The notes under the pieces were generated by a model. The model saw only the letters and a program-made list of their open reading frames with translations. It was not told where the DNA came from and did not search any database. A stretch of DNA of 31,700 nt from an uncultured Gemmatimonadota bacterium (GTDB lineage Bacteria; GCA-2686955). The stretch covers positions 62,001 to 93,700 of the forward strand of contig CAZBBK010000015.1 in NCBI GenBank assembly GCA_964490075.1, given 5' to 3'. Positions within the stretch are counted from its first letter, which is position 1; each line of letters starts with the position of its first letter. The position numbers and the translations under genes were made by a program. Positions 1 through 8,642 of the stretch are shown one piece after another.

Positions 1-195
1 GCGAAACTCGCTCTTGGCGTCGGCGATCGCCGCCGGCGTTCCCTCGTGGGCACGCTTGAGCGCGACCTCGGAGCCCAGGATCTCGTCGGATGCGCGATAG
101 ACGACCCCCTCCGCGCCCGCCCCGAGCATCTCCACCAGCCGGTAGCGGCCGACCTTTCCGCCCTCGTTCTTCGACCCTCTTGCCACCACGGCCAT
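1..195 (-). CDS. Hanks-type Ser/Thr protein kinase, N-terminal fragment (runs off the window edge)
   Basis: Not in the ORF track. Manual translation from ATG 195 gives MAVVARGSKNEGGKVGRYRLVEMLGAGAEGVVYRASDEILGSEVALKRAHEG...EFR, with Gly-loop GxGxxGxV and the VALK lysine. GGAGAG RBS upstream. Confidence 0.85.
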   Translation of the reverse strand, partial: MAVVARGSKNEGGKVGRYRLVEMLGAGAEGVVYRASDEILGSEVALKRAHEGTPAAIADAKSEFR

Positions 196-397
196 GCACT
201 CTCCGCGATCGGTTTCGGAACCAGCCCGCAGCAGGAACCGAGCCCTAGAACGGGAGACGACCCGCCATGGCCCACACCCGGGATGCGAATGCCCGGAGAG
301 GCATCTCGAAGGCCGGCGGCCCTCGCCATCCAGGGGCGGCCGCGCCGGGGGGCGGGGATGCGGGATCGCAGCGCGCCGGACTGCTGGACGGGTCGGG

Positions 398-2509
398 TCA
401 GTCCGCCGGGTCGCCGTCCGCCAGGAACGACATGGCCCAGTTCTGAAGCGACGAGCAACCGTCGAGGGATTCACCCTCGATGGTCATGCAGTCGATGATA
501 GCGCCTTCGGCGTCGAGTCGCGCCAGCATCCCACCGTTGGCGTCGAGCATCGCCAGCAAACCGCCGTTGGCGTCCAGCATGGCCAGGAAGCCGCCGTTGG
601 CGTCCAGCATCGCGAGCAGTCCGCCGTTGGCATCGAGCATGGCCAGGAAGCCGCCGTTGGCATCGATCATCGCCAGCAGTCCGCCGTTGGCGTCCAACAT
701 GGCCAGCAGACCGCCGTTGGCGTCGAGCATGGCCAGCAGACCGCCGTTGGCGTCGAGGGTCGCCAGCAAGCCACCGTTGGCGTCGAGCATCGCCAGCAGA
801 CCGCCGGCGTCGGCGATGGCCTGGATCAACCCGCCGTCGGCGTCCATCAAGGTGCTCAGGTCGGTCTCGGTCAGGAGCCACGCTTCGACCAGGTCGGGGC
901 CGGCGTCGCGGAAGCAGAAGAGTCCCTCGTCGGTTTCGAGGAAGAGCACCAACCCTTCCGGCAGCATGGCGATCACGCCCACCATGGTGGGTGGGTAGTG
1001 GCGCGGAACCGCGGCGTAGTCGGTGACGTAGCCGCCCAGCTGGTGGGCCCGCTCGATCTCGACCGAGGCCCAGCTGTCGAGCGCCTGCGAGGCGCTGACC
1101 AGCCCGTAGCCGGTGATCGGATCCCAGCCGGCATCGCCCAGATTGCGAGCGGTCTTGAGCACGATGTTGCGCACCTCGAGGGGGGTCAGGACGCGACCGT
1201 CCTCGGTGCGGTGGCAGTCGGAGAGGACCATGCCGGCCACCCCCGCCACGTGCGGCGCGGCGTGCGAGGTGCCGACCGCGAACCAGTAGCCGGGGTCGTC
1301 GGGGGTCTGGTAGGCGAAGGTCGCCCCGAGGATTCCATCGGGGTAGCCGTCGGCGTCGGCGTCTTCTTCCACGCCGCCGGGGGCGACCAGGTCGAGCGCG
1401 GCGCCGTAGTTGGAGTAGGGCGCACGGTTGCCGTAACGATCGGCCGCCCCCACCGCGATGACCTCGTTGTAGGCCGCCGGATAGGGCACCACCGGCAACC
1501 CCTCGTTGCCCGTCGACGCCACCAGGATCACGCCCGCCGAATCGGCGCGGGCGATCGCTTGCGCCAGGTAGGCGCCGGGCTCGTAGCCGGAGGGGAAGGC
1601 GAGGCTCATGTTGATCACCTTGCCGTTGGCGTCGCAGTCGATGATCCACTCGATCCCGTCGACCAGGTGCTCCAGCGTGCCGTTGCCGTTCTCATCCAGG
1701 ATGCGCACCGGGCAGAGGTTGAGCTTGTGGCAGATCGCGGCGATCCCACGCCCATTGTCGGTCTTGGCGAAGACGGTCGACGCGACGTGGGTGCCGTGGG
1801 CGTTGGAGTCGGCGGGAACGCCGTCGTCGTCGACGAAGTCGTAGCCGGGCACGTCGCGCAGCGCACGCTTGGAGAGGTCGCGATGCCCCGGCTCGGTCGG
1901 GTCGCCGTTCTTGAGGCTGAAGCCGGTATCGAGCACGCCGATGACGATTCCCTGGTTGCGGCGGATGCGATGGGTCCAGGCCTCCTCCATGCCGATCTGG
2001 GGGAGGTTCCACTGGTGGTCGTAATAGTCGTCGTCGGGAGGGATGTCGATGGCGGTGGCGGCGCAGATCGAGTTGGGCGATCCCGCCCGCACCCGGGGAT
2101 CGTCCAGCAGCAGCTCGAGTAGGGCCCGCAGGGCGCCGGGATCGGTGGGGTGGGCGACCGGTCGCCCGTGCCGGCGCAACAGCCGATCGATCTCGGCAGG
2201 CTCGGCGGTGCGTGCCTTGATCCATCCGCCCGGCATCTGGTCGCGCTCCAACCGCAGCCCATAGGACTCGAGCAGCTCGGCGCGCCGAGCGCTGCTCAGA
2301 GTCGGGTCGAGCTCGAGCAGCAGGGTCCGCTCCACGACCGCCACTCCGCCCCCCGCGGGGCCCATGGGAACCTGCGTAACAGGCTGCCCAGAAACCAGTT
2401 CTGGAGTCTGGACCAGGTCGGCGTCGGCGCCGAGCGCGAGGCAGGACCCCAGTCCCACGACCGTCATCACCCACCCACGATTACGACCCAGATTCCCGGC
2501 ACCGCGCAT
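398..2509 (-). CDS. Secreted S8 family serine peptidase (subtilase) with C-terminal tandem 10-aa repeats
   Basis: Catalytic triad motifs VLDTG, HGTHVA, GTSHAAPHVAG; VINMSL and oxyanion STGN; signal-like N-terminus (VVGLGSCLALGADA) followed by a prodomain-like segment. The true start may be the second Met. Confidence 0.92.
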   Translation of the reverse strand: MRGAGNLGRNRGWVMTVVGLGSCLALGADADLVQTPELVSGQPVTQVPMGPAGGGVAVVERTLLLELDPTLSSARRAELLESYGLRLERDQMPGGWIKARTAEPAEIDRLLRRHGRPVAHPTDPGALRALLELLLDDPRVRAGSPNSICAATAIDIPPDDDYYDHQWNLPQIGMEEAWTHRIRRNQGIVIGVLDTGFSLKNGDPTEPGHRDLSKRALRDVPGYDFVDDDGVPADSNAHGTHVASTVFAKTDNGRGIAAICHKLNLCPVRILDENGNGTLEHLVDGIEWIIDCDANGKVINMSLAFPSGYEPGAYLAQAIARADSAGVILVASTGNEGLPVVPYPAAYNEVIAVGAADRYGNRAPYSNYGAALDLVAPGGVEEDADADGYPDGILGATFAYQTPDDPGYWFAVGTSHAAPHVAGVAGMVLSDCHRTEDGRVLTPLEVRNIVLKTARNLGDAGWDPITGYGLVSASQALDSWASVEIERAHQLGGYVTDYAAVPRHYPPTMVGVIAMLPEGLVLFLETDEGLFCFRDAGPDLVEAWLLTETDLSTLMDADGGLIQAIADAGGLLAMLDANGGLLATLDANGGLLAMLDANGGLLAMLDANGGLLAMIDANGGFLAMLDANGGLLAMLDANGGFLAMLDANGGLLAMLDANGGMLARLDAEGAIIDCMTIEGESLDGCSSLQNWAMSFLADGDPAD
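501..860 (-). repeat. Coding tandem repeat with a 30-bp unit (GGLLAMLDAN): 9 well-conserved units (531-800) plus 3 degenerate flanking units
   Basis: The + strand unit CC(G/A)CCGTTGGC(G/A)TC... recurs exactly every 30 bp at 531, 561, 591, 621, 651, 681, 711, 741 and 771. Confidence 0.97.
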
Positions 2510-2656
2510 CTGCCCGCCTCTTCGATCTCGGTTGCAGGAGCTCGCCGCCGATCGTCTCGAGCGGCTCGCAACTCACCGTCTCGGTGGGGCTGCTGACTCC
2601 ATAACTTGGCCTATACGTGGAGTGTAATCTATTTCACCAATCGATGCAGGGGCGAT

Positions 2657-5200
2657 TCATCGATCTGCGCGATCGCTCCAGTCGACCGGTTCGGAGACCA
2701 GACCCCGCTCCTCGATCCACAGGTCGGTCGCCAGTCCCGCCTCCAGCCGACCGTCCACGCGGGCGCGAACGATCATCACCAGTCCCGCCGGTGGGGATTG
2801 GTACGGCACCGGATAGTTGAAGCCGAGGCGCGCCGCCTGGCCCGGGGGCAGCACGAGCTCTCGCGGCTCGTCGATCTCGGCCACCTGCCATCCCGCGGCC
2901 ACGGTCTCGACCAGCGCGGTGATCTCGTGCGCCGCGAGGCTGGCCACGGTCACGGTCGCCTCGATCGCGACCCCCGGCCGGACGGTGTCCGGCACTCCCT
3001 CGATGCTCAGCGCGAGCAGCGGATCGGCGGGGTAGGCGAACTGCCGCCAGCCGATGTCGTTCGCACCCTCGGTCCCGTGCAATCCGGCGCTATCGATCGC
3101 CAGCGACGAGGAATCGAGGTGGTAGGAGGAGTCGCCCTCGACGAAGGCGGGATCGGCGCGGATGTCGAAGGTCGGCTCGAGCGGCCCCACGTAGGCGCCG
3201 CCCTCGTTGTTCCAGTGCAGGTTGTGGGTCCAGGTGGAGGTGTCGGCCGCCGAGGTCATGTGGACCGCGGCCAGGCCGCGCGAGTCGGCGATGATGTTGG
3301 CCCGGACGTCGACCCCGCAGGGACCCAGAAACACCAGGGCGCCGCGATGGGTGGCGAGCGAGTCGAGCTCCGATCCGACGATCGTGCAGTGCTCGACGCG
3401 GCCGACGCAGGGCGAGGCGAAGCTGAACGCCGCTCCCTCTTCGCTGCAACGGTTTTGCTTCAGGAGATTGCGCTCGATCTCGACCCGCGCCCCCGAGTCG
3501 GCCTGCAAGGCGCCTCCGGTCGCGGCGTGATTGCGCGCCAGCACGTTGTCGGAGATCCGTGCATACGCGCCGTCTCCGGTCACCCGCACGCCGCCGCCGA
3601 CGCCGCGCGCGGCGCTGTTGTCGGCAACGAAGTTCAAGCTCAGGTCGACCACCGATTCCCCGATGAACACGCCGCCACCGCCGTGGTCGGTCTCATCTCC
3701 GTCGGCGACGTTGCCGTCGATCCAATTGCCGCGAAGTGTCGCCACCGAGCTGGCGTTGACCGCGATGCCTCCGTAGCGATCGGCCACGTTGTTTTTGAAG
3801 ACGTTGTTCTCCACCAGCACCGAGTCGTGAATGCAGGCGATCATCCCACCGGCGAAGAGCGCCCGGTTCGCCTCGACGACGTTGTCGTGGATGTAGGCGC
3901 CCGAGGGACGGTCCCCGCTGTAAGGAAAACCTTGGCTGTAGATCCCGCCGCCACCCTGAGTGGCGGTGTTGTTGCAGACAACCGACTCCGAGATCTCGGT
4001 GAAGGTGTTGAAGATGAAGATCCCGCCGCCCCAACCGACCCCGGAGTTGCGGCCCAGGCAGTGGTTGCCACAGACAGAGAGATCGGTCAGCAGCGCGGAT
4101 GCCTCGTAGATGTGGATCGCGCCCCCTTCCTCGCTGGAGACATTGCGCTCGAAGCGGCAGCCCTCGACCAGGCCGAAGGCGTCGGCCCAGTAGTTCAAAC
4201 CCCCGCCGAACCCGGGCCGGGTCGGATCGCCGGCCAGGTTTTCGATGAATTGACAGTCGATGAAGTCGACCTCGGCGCCGTTCAAGGCCCGTGCGCCGCC
4301 GCCGCTGCGGGCGAAGTTGCCCTCGAAGCGGCAGTCTTGCACCCGGGCCTGGATCGCGCCGTCGAAGGTCATCCCGCCGCCGGAGCCGATCGACGAGCTC
4401 AGCGCGGCCAGGTTGCCCTCGAAGGTCGACGCGTGCACCGAGATCCTCCCGGCGTCGACCGCCACCGCGCCACCTCCCCGCCAGCCGGCGCGATTGGCCG
4501 CGAAGGTGCAGCTGTCGATGCGGGTGGTGCCCGCCTGGTAGAGGATCAGGCCGCCGCCGCTCTCGGTCGCCTCGCAGGCCCTGATCTCGGTGCCGCTGAT
4601 CACCAATGAATCGGGTCCGAGGCCGTAGATCGCGCCGCCTTGGTGCGCCCGGTTGGCGCGAAACACCGAGTCCTCGATCCGCACCAGGGAACGGGTCGCG
4701 TGCAGGCCGCCGCCGCGCAGCGTGGCGTCGTTGTCCTCGATCACGCATCGGGCGACGTAGCAGGAGCTGCCCTCGGTGACGCCGATGCCGCCGCCCTCGG
4801 TGTCGGAGTGATTGCCGACGATCCGGCAGTCGACCAGGGCCAGGTGGGCACCGAACTCGACCCGCAGGCCGCCGCCGGCGTGGCTGTGCAGACCGCCGGT
4901 GAGGGTCACCGAGCTCAAGCTGAGGCTGTTGGGAGGTGGCACGGTCACCACCGGCGCCGTGGAGTCGCCGCGCACGATCACCTGGTCCGGTGGACCGTCG
5001 CCGACGATGGTGGCGAAGAGCTTGGTGCTGCGGATCGGCGCGACGTGCTCTCCGGGAGCGGCGACCACGGTGTCGCTCAGGGCGGCAGCGTCGAGAGCAT
5101 CCTGGATGGTCGGATAGTCGGCCGGCACATGGAGCCGCGCGGCCTGGGTCGAGGGGCCGAGCAACAACGCGGCCAGCGCCGCCATGCGGGGGGGAGACAT
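2657..5200 (-). CDS. Secreted right-handed parallel beta-helix (pectin-lyase-like/Pmp-repeat) protein with a probable C-terminal Ig-like domain
   Basis: Signal-like MAALAALLLGPSTQAA, N-cap VPADYPTIQDAL, many FxxN..GG(G/A)(I/L) repeats, C-cap DPAFV...SLAIDSAG...DIG. Start placed at ATG 5200 rather than the ORF-track start. Confidence 0.85.
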   Translation of the reverse strand: MSPPRMAALAALLLGPSTQAARLHVPADYPTIQDALDAAALSDTVVAAPGEHVAPIRSTKLFATIVGDGPPDQVIVRGDSTAPVVTVPPPNSLSLSSVTLTGGLHSHAGGGLRVEFGAHLALVDCRIVGNHSDTEGGGIGVTEGSSCYVARCVIEDNDATLRGGGLHATRSLVRIEDSVFRANRAHQGGAIYGLGPDSLVISGTEIRACEATESGGGLILYQAGTTRIDSCTFAANRAGWRGGGAVAVDAGRISVHASTFEGNLAALSSSIGSGGGMTFDGAIQARVQDCRFEGNFARSGGGARALNGAEVDFIDCQFIENLAGDPTRPGFGGGLNYWADAFGLVEGCRFERNVSSEEGGAIHIYEASALLTDLSVCGNHCLGRNSGVGWGGGIFIFNTFTEISESVVCNNTATQGGGGIYSQGFPYSGDRPSGAYIHDNVVEANRALFAGGMIACIHDSVLVENNVFKNNVADRYGGIAVNASSVATLRGNWIDGNVADGDETDHGGGGVFIGESVVDLSLNFVADNSAARGVGGGVRVTGDGAYARISDNVLARNHAATGGALQADSGARVEIERNLLKQNRCSEEGAAFSFASPCVGRVEHCTIVGSELDSLATHRGALVFLGPCGVDVRANIIADSRGLAAVHMTSAADTSTWTHNLHWNNEGGAYVGPLEPTFDIRADPAFVEGDSSYHLDSSSLAIDSAGLHGTEGANDIGWRQFAYPADPLLALSIEGVPDTVRPGVAIEATVTVASLAAHEITALVETVAAGWQVAEIDEPRELVLPPGQAARLGFNYPVPYQSPPAGLVMIVRARVDGRLEAGLATDLWIEERGLVSEPVDWSDRADR

Positions 5201-5457
5201 GGACGCTTGGGGTCTTTCCGGACCGGGGGTCCGCGGGATCTTCCCGGCTCCAGGACCGGGATTTCGGCCCCCCCGGATGTCCGCGACTATAACGCCGAAA
5301 TGAGACTCGCCGGGCGATTGACGCCCCCGTCCGATATCTCGTGCGTGCGTCAGAAAAATGACTGCCGCAGCTCGCGATGCCAATCGATGCTTGCGCGCAC
5401 CCTCGCCGGTGTCATGATGGAGCCCAAGCCCCGATCACCCGCGACGAGGAGCGGCCC

Positions 5458-7059
5458 ATGGCGCCCGAAACCTCTCTGAAGCACCCGCCTCGAGCCGGCG
5501 AGCGGCCCCAGACCGAGTGCCACGATCCCGCGACCGGCAAGCTCATCGGTCACTCGGCTCTGCACTCCGCCGCCGAAGCCCGCGCAATCATCGCGCGTGC
5601 CCGGCGCGCCCAGGTCGACTGGGCTCGGCTGCCGCTGGCCGAGCGGCGCGCGGCGATTCTGCGGGTCCGCGACCACATCGTCGCCAGAGCCGAGGAGCTG
5701 GCGGCGACGATCTCGCGCGACAACGGCAAGACCCGCGTCGATGCGTTGGCGGCGGAGGTGGTGCCGGCGGCGATGGCGGCGACCTACTACGCGCGCCGCG
5801 CGCCCTCCTTCCTGAAGGCGCGCCGGCTGCGCCCGAGCAGCATGCTGCTGTCCAACAAGCGGTCCAAAGTGGTGCGCGTGCCCTTCGGGGTCATCGGCGT
5901 CATCTCGCCCTGGAACTACCCCTTCAGCATCCCCTTCTCCGAGGTGGTGATGGCTTTGCTGGCCGGCAACACGGTGGTGCTCAAAGTGGCTACCCAGACG
6001 CAGCTGGTGGGGCGCGCGATCGAGTCCTGCTTGGTCGCCGCCGAGCTGCCCGAAGGTGTCTTCAGCTACCTGAATCTGCCCGGCGCCATCGCCGGCGATC
6101 TGTTGCTGGAGGCGGGAGTCGACAAGCTCTTCTTCACCGGCTCGGTGCCGGTCGGCAAAAAGCTGATGGCCAAGGCGGCCGAGACTCTCACTCCCCTCTC
6201 GCTGGAGCTGGGCGGCAACGATCCGATGATCGTCTGTCACGATGCCGATCTGGTGCGCGCGGCGGGCGGTGCGGTCTGGGGCGCGTTTCAGAACGCGGGG
6301 CAGACCTGCGCCGGGATCGAGCGGGTCTACGTACATCGCGATCTGTATCGACCTTTCATCGACCTGGTGCGCGACAAAGTGCAGGCGCTGCGGGTCGGGC
6401 CGGACATCGATCACCACGTCGACATCGGCGCCATCACCACCAAGAGTCAGCTCGAGACCGTGCAGCGCCAGCTCGCCGACGCGCTCGACAAGGGCGCGAC
6501 ACTATGGGCTCAATCCGAGTGCCCCGAAAACCCCGCCGCGACCTTCCACCCCCCGACCGTGCTCACCGACGTGGACCACCAGATGGAGGTGATGCGGGAG
6601 GAGACATTCGGCCCGCTGCTCGGCGTGATGAGCTTCGAGAGCTACGATCAGGCGATCGAGCTGGCCAACGATTCCAATCTCGGCCTCACGGCGTCGGTCT
6701 GGTCGAAGAACACCCGCGCCGCGGAGCGTCTGGCGCGGAGGATTCGCGCCGGCGCGGTGACCATCAACGACCACATCGTGAGCCACGGGCTGCCGGAGAC
6801 GCCCTGGGGCGGCTTCAAGGAATCGGGAATCGGCCGCACCCATGGTGAGATCGGCTTCGCCGAGATGACCGAGCCGCAGTGCATCGTGCACGACACGATG
6901 CCCGGCGTGAAGAAGAACATGTGGTGGCATCCCCACGGTCCGCGGATCTATGCGGGAATCCTCGGACTGCTGCGGCTGCTCTACGGCAGCTCGGGGCGGG
7001 TCAGGGTTGCCGGGCTCGGGGCGCTGCTGCGAGTCGTTCCGCGGGTTTTTCGGGGGTAA
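5458..7059 (+). CDS. NAD(P)-dependent aldehyde dehydrogenase family protein
   Basis: Motifs ISPWNYP, FTGS, LELGGNDP, NAGQTC (catalytic Cys), EETFGP, PWGGFKESG. GAGGAG RBS before ATG 5458. Confidence 0.95.
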   Translation: MAPETSLKHPPRAGERPQTECHDPATGKLIGHSALHSAAEARAIIARARRAQVDWARLPLAERRAAILRVRDHIVARAEELAATISRDNGKTRVDALAAEVVPAAMAATYYARRAPSFLKARRLRPSSMLLSNKRSKVVRVPFGVIGVISPWNYPFSIPFSEVVMALLAGNTVVLKVATQTQLVGRAIESCLVAAELPEGVFSYLNLPGAIAGDLLLEAGVDKLFFTGSVPVGKKLMAKAAETLTPLSLELGGNDPMIVCHDADLVRAAGGAVWGAFQNAGQTCAGIERVYVHRDLYRPFIDLVRDKVQALRVGPDIDHHVDIGAITTKSQLETVQRQLADALDKGATLWAQSECPENPAATFHPPTVLTDVDHQMEVMREETFGPLLGVMSFESYDQAIELANDSNLGLTASVWSKNTRAAERLARRIRAGAVTINDHIVSHGLPETPWGGFKESGIGRTHGEIGFAEMTEPQCIVHDTMPGVKKNMWWHPHGPRIYAGILGLLRLLYGSSGRVRVAGLGALLRVVPRVFRG

Positions 7060-7095
7060 CTAGTTCTACTTTGTTGGTTCGGTGCTCGGACGAAC

Positions 7096-7122
7096 TGGAT
7101 TCCGGCTTGCGCCGGAATGACG
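7096..7122 (-). repeat. CGTC-type REP palindrome, copy 1
   Basis: TGGATTCCGGCTTGCGCCGGAATGACG is the reverse complement of CGTCATTCCGGCGCAAGCCGGAATCCA. Confidence 0.85.
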
Positions 7123-7256
7123 GGGAAGGAGGGGGCGACGAGTGGATCGAGGGCCGGGTCTGTTTCGAGATGGGCACACGCCCCACTCTACGGACCGGGC
7201 GCCCTTCTGGCCACGTCTGGTCGCGCAGCCCCCGTCTCGACAAACCGTTCCCTATT

Positions 7257-7283
7257 CGTCATTCCGGCGAAAGCCGGAATCCA
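7257..7283 (+). repeat. CGTC-type REP palindrome, copy 2 (inverted relative to copy 1)
   Basis: CGTCATTCCGGCGAAAGCCGGAATCCA, 26/27 identical to copy 1. Confidence 0.85.
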
Positions 7284-7337
7284 CGCCTGCGGACTGGCCC
7301 GATCCACGGGTAGTCACCCGCTTCCAATAAAGTAGAA

Positions 7338-8642
7338 CTAGAAGAGCGTCGCTGAATCGAAGTGGAAGTCGCGCACCCGAACCATCGGGATGCTCATCTT
7401 CGCCTGGCCGCCGCCGGAGCTGGGAAGCGATGGAGTCATTGCATCGATGCGCGACAGTGCCCCCAGCGTCGACTCGTTGAAGCGCAGGTTCTTCACCGCG
7501 CGCACGATCTTGCCCTCCTCGACCAGGAAGGTACCGTCGCGGGTCATGCCGGTCAGCAGCAGCTTCATCGGATCGACCGAGCGGATGTACCAGAAGCGGC
7601 TCACCAGGATCGCCCGCTCGGTGCTCTTGATCAGCTCCTCTGGCGAGTGCTCGCCGCCGCGCATCACCAGGCCGATCGGCCACCCGGTCGGCGCCACGCC
7701 GTGCTTTTGTGCGGTGAAGCGGTCGTGGAAGAAGCGGACGATCCGCCCGGCCTCCACCCAGGGCCCCTCGAAGGCCGGCAGGCCGTCCCAATCGAAGGGT
7801 GCGCCGAGCAGAGCGGGATCGGAAGGGCGGGTGTCGAGGAAGATGTTCTCGCCCATCAGCCGCTCGCCGATCTTCCCGGAAAGGAAAGTGGTGCCGGCAT
7901 AGGTGTCGCGGGCGTCCCAGAACCAGATCAGGTAGTTCAGAAGCCCGATCACCGCCGCGGGCTCGAGCAGCACGGTCCAGTCGCCGGCGTCGATCGGGCC
8001 CGGATTGGCCGACGCCTTGGCCTTGTCGACGGCGCGGCGGGCGAGGCCTTCGAAGTCGATCCGGCTCACGTCGCGATGGCCGTCCGAGGCCCAGCCGGTG
8101 CCGTCGTTGCCGGCGTCGGCGGTGCACGAGGCGCGCAGCTCGGTGCCCACCGCGCAGGCGCGCATGCCCTTCTTGCTGGCCATCGTATACGACCCACTGG
8201 TGCGCTCGATCGTGCCGGCCAGACTGGCGCCGGCCGCGGAGGCGATCTCGACCATCGAGCGTGCCGCCTGGGCGCGCGCCTCGGGGCCGAAGGCGGCGCT
8301 GGTTTCGTAGTAGTGCGGGAAGCTCGCGTAGCTCTGTGGTCCCAGCGAGGGCAGAACCTCGGGGTCCTCCGGAGACAATCGGGCGATCTCTTCGGCGCGG
8401 CGCACACAGCCGCGCACCGCTTCCTCGTCGACCATGTTGGTCGACGCCGAACCCTTGCGTTTTCCGAAGTAGGCGGTGACCGAGAGGCTGTCCGATCTGC
8501 TCGCGATGTTCTGGGTGATGGCACTGTTGGCGAAGCGGGTGGTGGCCGAGCTGGCGCTGCGCAGCGACAGCTCGAGATCATCGGCTCCAGTGGCGGCAAT
8601 CGCCGCATCGGCGATCGTCAGTGCGGTGGAACGATCGATCAT
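7338..8642 (-). CDS. TldD/PmbA family protein, TldE/PmbA-like non-catalytic partner
   Basis: TRFANSAITQN, VLLEPAAV, PFDWDG, TGMTRDGTFLVEEG..VKNLRFNES; no HExxxH motif. Its ATG (8642) overlaps the upstream TGA (ATGA coupling). Confidence 0.88.
   Translation of the reverse strand: MIDRSTALTIADAAIAATGADDLELSLRSASSATTRFANSAITQNIASRSDSLSVTAYFGKRKGSASTNMVDEEAVRGCVRRAEEIARLSPEDPEVLPSLGPQSYASFPHYYETSAAFGPEARAQAARSMVEIASAAGASLAGTIERTSGSYTMASKKGMRACAVGTELRASCTADAGNDGTGWASDGHRDVSRIDFEGLARRAVDKAKASANPGPIDAGDWTVLLEPAAVIGLLNYLIWFWDARDTYAGTTFLSGKIGERLMGENIFLDTRPSDPALLGAPFDWDGLPAFEGPWVEAGRIVRFFHDRFTAQKHGVAPTGWPIGLVMRGGEHSPEELIKSTERAILVSRFWYIRSVDPMKLLLTGMTRDGTFLVEEGKIVRAVKNLRFNESTLGALSRIDAMTPSLPSSGGGQAKMSIPMVRVRDFHFDSATLF

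Larger units (their letters stand above)
7060..7341. mobile_element. MITE-like non-autonomous element (282 bp) bounded by inverted repeats and CTAG at both ends
   Basis: CTAGTTCTACTTTGTTGG (7060-7077) versus CCAATAAAGTAGAACTAG (7324-7341) is a 17/18 inverted match. No credible coding content; lies between two convergent stop codons. Confidence 0.75.

Noticed and set aside
501-860. 30-bp periodic repeat as a CRISPR array
   Set aside because: The units are contiguous with no unique spacers, stay in frame inside a CDS and vary at codon third positions; no cas genes.
194-4609. Long + strand ORFs (194-2122, 480-998, 2606-4609) and similar antisense ORFs across the window
   Set aside because: Shadow ORFs of GC-rich genes on the opposite strand, with no recognisable motifs.
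5366-5383. Minus-strand sigma-54 promoter TGGCATCGCGAGCTGC
   Set aside because: GG-to-GC spacing is 11 nt rather than the required 10.
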